From positions 151,778,001-151,842,000 of the forward strand of contig NC_086097.1 in the NCBI RefSeq assembly GCF_963921235.1: DNA of 64,000 nucleotides. The letters run 5' to 3'. Origin of the DNA: Mobula hypostoma. Taxonomy: Eukaryota. Every line of letters begins with the position of its first letter. The first letter of the stretch is position 1. This document shows positions 61,860 through 64,000 of this stretch, piece after piece. The notes below the pieces were generated by a model. That model had not been told where the DNA came from. It saw nothing but the letters and a program-made list of their open reading frames with translations, and did no database searches. Made by a program: the position numbers and the translations under genes.

Positions 61860-62735
61860 GTAGTGGTGAATGAAGTTACGTACAGTGGTTCATGAGTCTG
61901 ATGGTTGTTAGATAATAACCGTTCCTGACCTTAGTGGTGTGGGACCTCCTACCTAATGCTAGTAGCAAGAAGAGTGCATGGCCTGGATAGTGGGAGTCTT
62001 TGAACATAGCCTAAGGCAGATTAAAATAACACAGCATTTCCATATACATGAGGGGGTGCAAATGGATGATCTCAGCTGTTCCTCAACACCATCTCCTTCA
62101 TCAAGAAAACACAGAATCATCTTCAGTTGCTGAAGAGATTGAGGTGAGCATGGTTGTCCCCCCTCCCCCCATTCTGAACAATTTTTTACGGGACACCATC
62201 AAGAGTGTCCTGACAGCTGCATCACCATCTGGTATGGGAATTGTAAGGCATTTGATGGAGACACCCTACAAAAAATTGTGAATGCTGTAAGGATTATTGA
62301 TGAATGCCTTCCACCTATCTGAGATAAAAGCACTGAGTATGCAGGGCCCTTAGCATTGTTATAGATTCCTCCCATCTGTCCAATAACCTTTTTGACCCCC
62401 TATGATCAGGTGGGAAGAACAATAGCATAAAGACAAGAACTGTTTAGATAAGAAACAGTTTCTTCCCCCAGGCCAGGAGACAACTGAAATCCTTGGCACC
62501 ACCCAGATTTTATCACATATGAAGTGCCAGTAGCATTATACTGTTTACTTTTTGACTTGCATTATAAATGCAGCTTATGCTAAATGTCAATCCTCTGGTA
62601 TATTTGTGGTAATATTACTTTATGTATTGTGTGTGAGTTATGTGTTCTGTGTTGGGCTCCTTAGGAATGGTGTTTCGATTGGTGATATACATGTATACAG
62701 CTAAATGACAATAAGCTGGAACTTGAACTTGAAAT
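61860..62735. mobile_element. Rex1-like fragments (minus ~61860-62005; plus ~62060-62735)
   Basis: ILNNFLRDTIKSVLTA…, aaacagtttcttcccccaggcc, tail gaacttgaacttgaa. Confidence 0.7.
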
Positions 62736-63614
62736 TTCAATTTGTTAACAAGGCTCTTGATAGAATCTAATGAGAGGATTACTCCCAACACCAGCATTAA
62801 ATGGTAATTCTGTAGCAGTAGGTGGAACGGCTTGGTTATAACAGCATTCCCACTACTTTCCTGTAAATCATGTTCAACAGCTTTTGCAGTGTTTATTTAA
62901 TCTATTCTGTAGGTTTTTGAGCATCAGTACACTCTATTTAATAAATTTTTGGAGTGTTTATTTAACCTCTTTGTTAAACTTTTGGAGTACCTGTACAAAC
63001 CACTCAGTGGGGCATTGAAGTGTTTACATAACATATTCAGTTTACCTTTGAAACAGCTATTCATGTTTTTCAATAGATCATTGAAGTGAGTATTTAACCA
63101 AGTCAATCGACTTATGAAATACGTTCCTGTAGGTTGACAGAATGCGGGTTCTATTGATTCCTCGAGTCTGTTTAGTTCATTTCAGAATAACTACAAAATT
63201 TATCACTTTGAGTTTTTATTTGGGGGTGGACATCAGTTGTTGGAGAAATGAGCTGTTTCCATTTTGTCTCTTTAAACATAGCCCAGTCCATCATGAAAAT
63301 CAACCTCTCCTCTACTGACTCTTCTAGACTTCTTAATCCCTCAGGAAAACAGCCAACCTAATCAAGAGTCCCTCGCAATTTAGTCATTCTCGCTTCTTTT
63401 CCCCAAATTCAGGCAGAAGATACAAAAGCATGTGAACATGTAGAACCAGATTCAAGGGTGTCTTCAATCCCATAATTATAGAAGTCTTGAATGATAGCTA
63501 AAGAAGATGAGCTCTTGATCTCTGTCTACCTTGTCTTGATCCAGCACTGCACTTTCTCTGTAAATGTAACACAATATTCTGGATTTTTTTTCTCTTTTAT
63601 ACTACCTCAGTAAG

Positions 63615-63760
63615 AAGTTGGAAAAGATTTGTAGCTCATGTTGAGGATGTTGTTGTTGAGTGGCTCACCGAACTGGTTTGTTAGCTTGCAGATGTTTCGT
63701 TACCCAGCAAGGCAACATCATCAGTGCAACTTCGAATAAAGTGTTGGTGATCTACATAGT
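63615..63760 (-). mobile_element. Pseudo-LTR of a second (Poseidon-like) Penelope family
   Basis: gttggaaaagatttgtagctc…gcagatgtttcg…catcatcagtg; sequence unrelated to the other pLTRs in the window. Confidence 0.65.
63686..63729 (-). ncRNA. Minimal type-I hammerhead ribozyme, second family
   Basis: Minus: TTGCA-CTGATGA-T-GTTGCC-ttgctg-GGTAAC-GAAACATC-TGCAA (5-bp stem I, 6-bp stem II). Confidence 0.8.
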
Positions 63761-63934
63761 TCATCTTTTATGTGTCCTTAGATTAGTCCGTGTGTGCGTG
63801 TACATATGCAATTTCTATTGGATGCCAATTATGTAAGCTGAGATTGGTCCGTTAAAATCCAATTAGGGGCTGTGTTAGTCGACGTAGATGTAGGATTAAA
63901 GTTGTCCCCATTCACACCTGATTACACACATCAA

Positions 63935-64000
63935 TGAGGATGGGAGAGGTTCCAGAGGATTGGAGGGTTGCAGATGTTGCTCCCTTATTCAAGAAAGGGA
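63935..64000 (+). mobile_element. Start of another CR1 ORF2 fragment running off the window
   Basis: GEVPEDWRVADVAPLFKKG. Confidence 0.8.

Noticed and set aside
1..64000. CRISPR arrays, rRNA, bona fide tRNA genes, prokaryotic operons
   Set aside because: None seen. The tRNA-like A/B boxes (e.g. ~37000-37060) belong to SINEs, and the DNA is eukaryotic.

Overview
This is AT-rich vertebrate genomic DNA. From the repeat families it is very likely a cartilaginous fish (shark/ray-type; inference). Most of the window is layered transposable-element debris, and I could not confidently identify any host protein-coding gene. It contains many CR1-type LINE fragments on both strands, Rex1/Babar-like and RTE-like LINE pieces, and an R4/Dong-like endonuclease tail. 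A 2.9-kb Penelope-like element (RT + Cys linker + GIY-YIG, 14-bp TSD) is accompanied by about a dozen Penelope pseudo-LTR fragments. There are also Gypsy remnants (a clean solo LTR, a sushi-type gag, a decayed pol), non-autonomous mariner, Tc1, Tigger and Harbinger DNA elements, and tRNA-derived SINEs. The most interesting signal is catalytic RNA. Minimal type-I hammerhead ribozymes from two different Penelope families occur here, one with an intact core at 22622-22661. A candidate HDV-like ribozyme with an atypical hairpin inserted in L3 begins exactly at the TSD-defined 5' end of a 563-bp non-coding RTE-derived element (41691-42253, minus strand). Family names come from motif recognition, not database searches, and the boundaries of old fragments are approximate.
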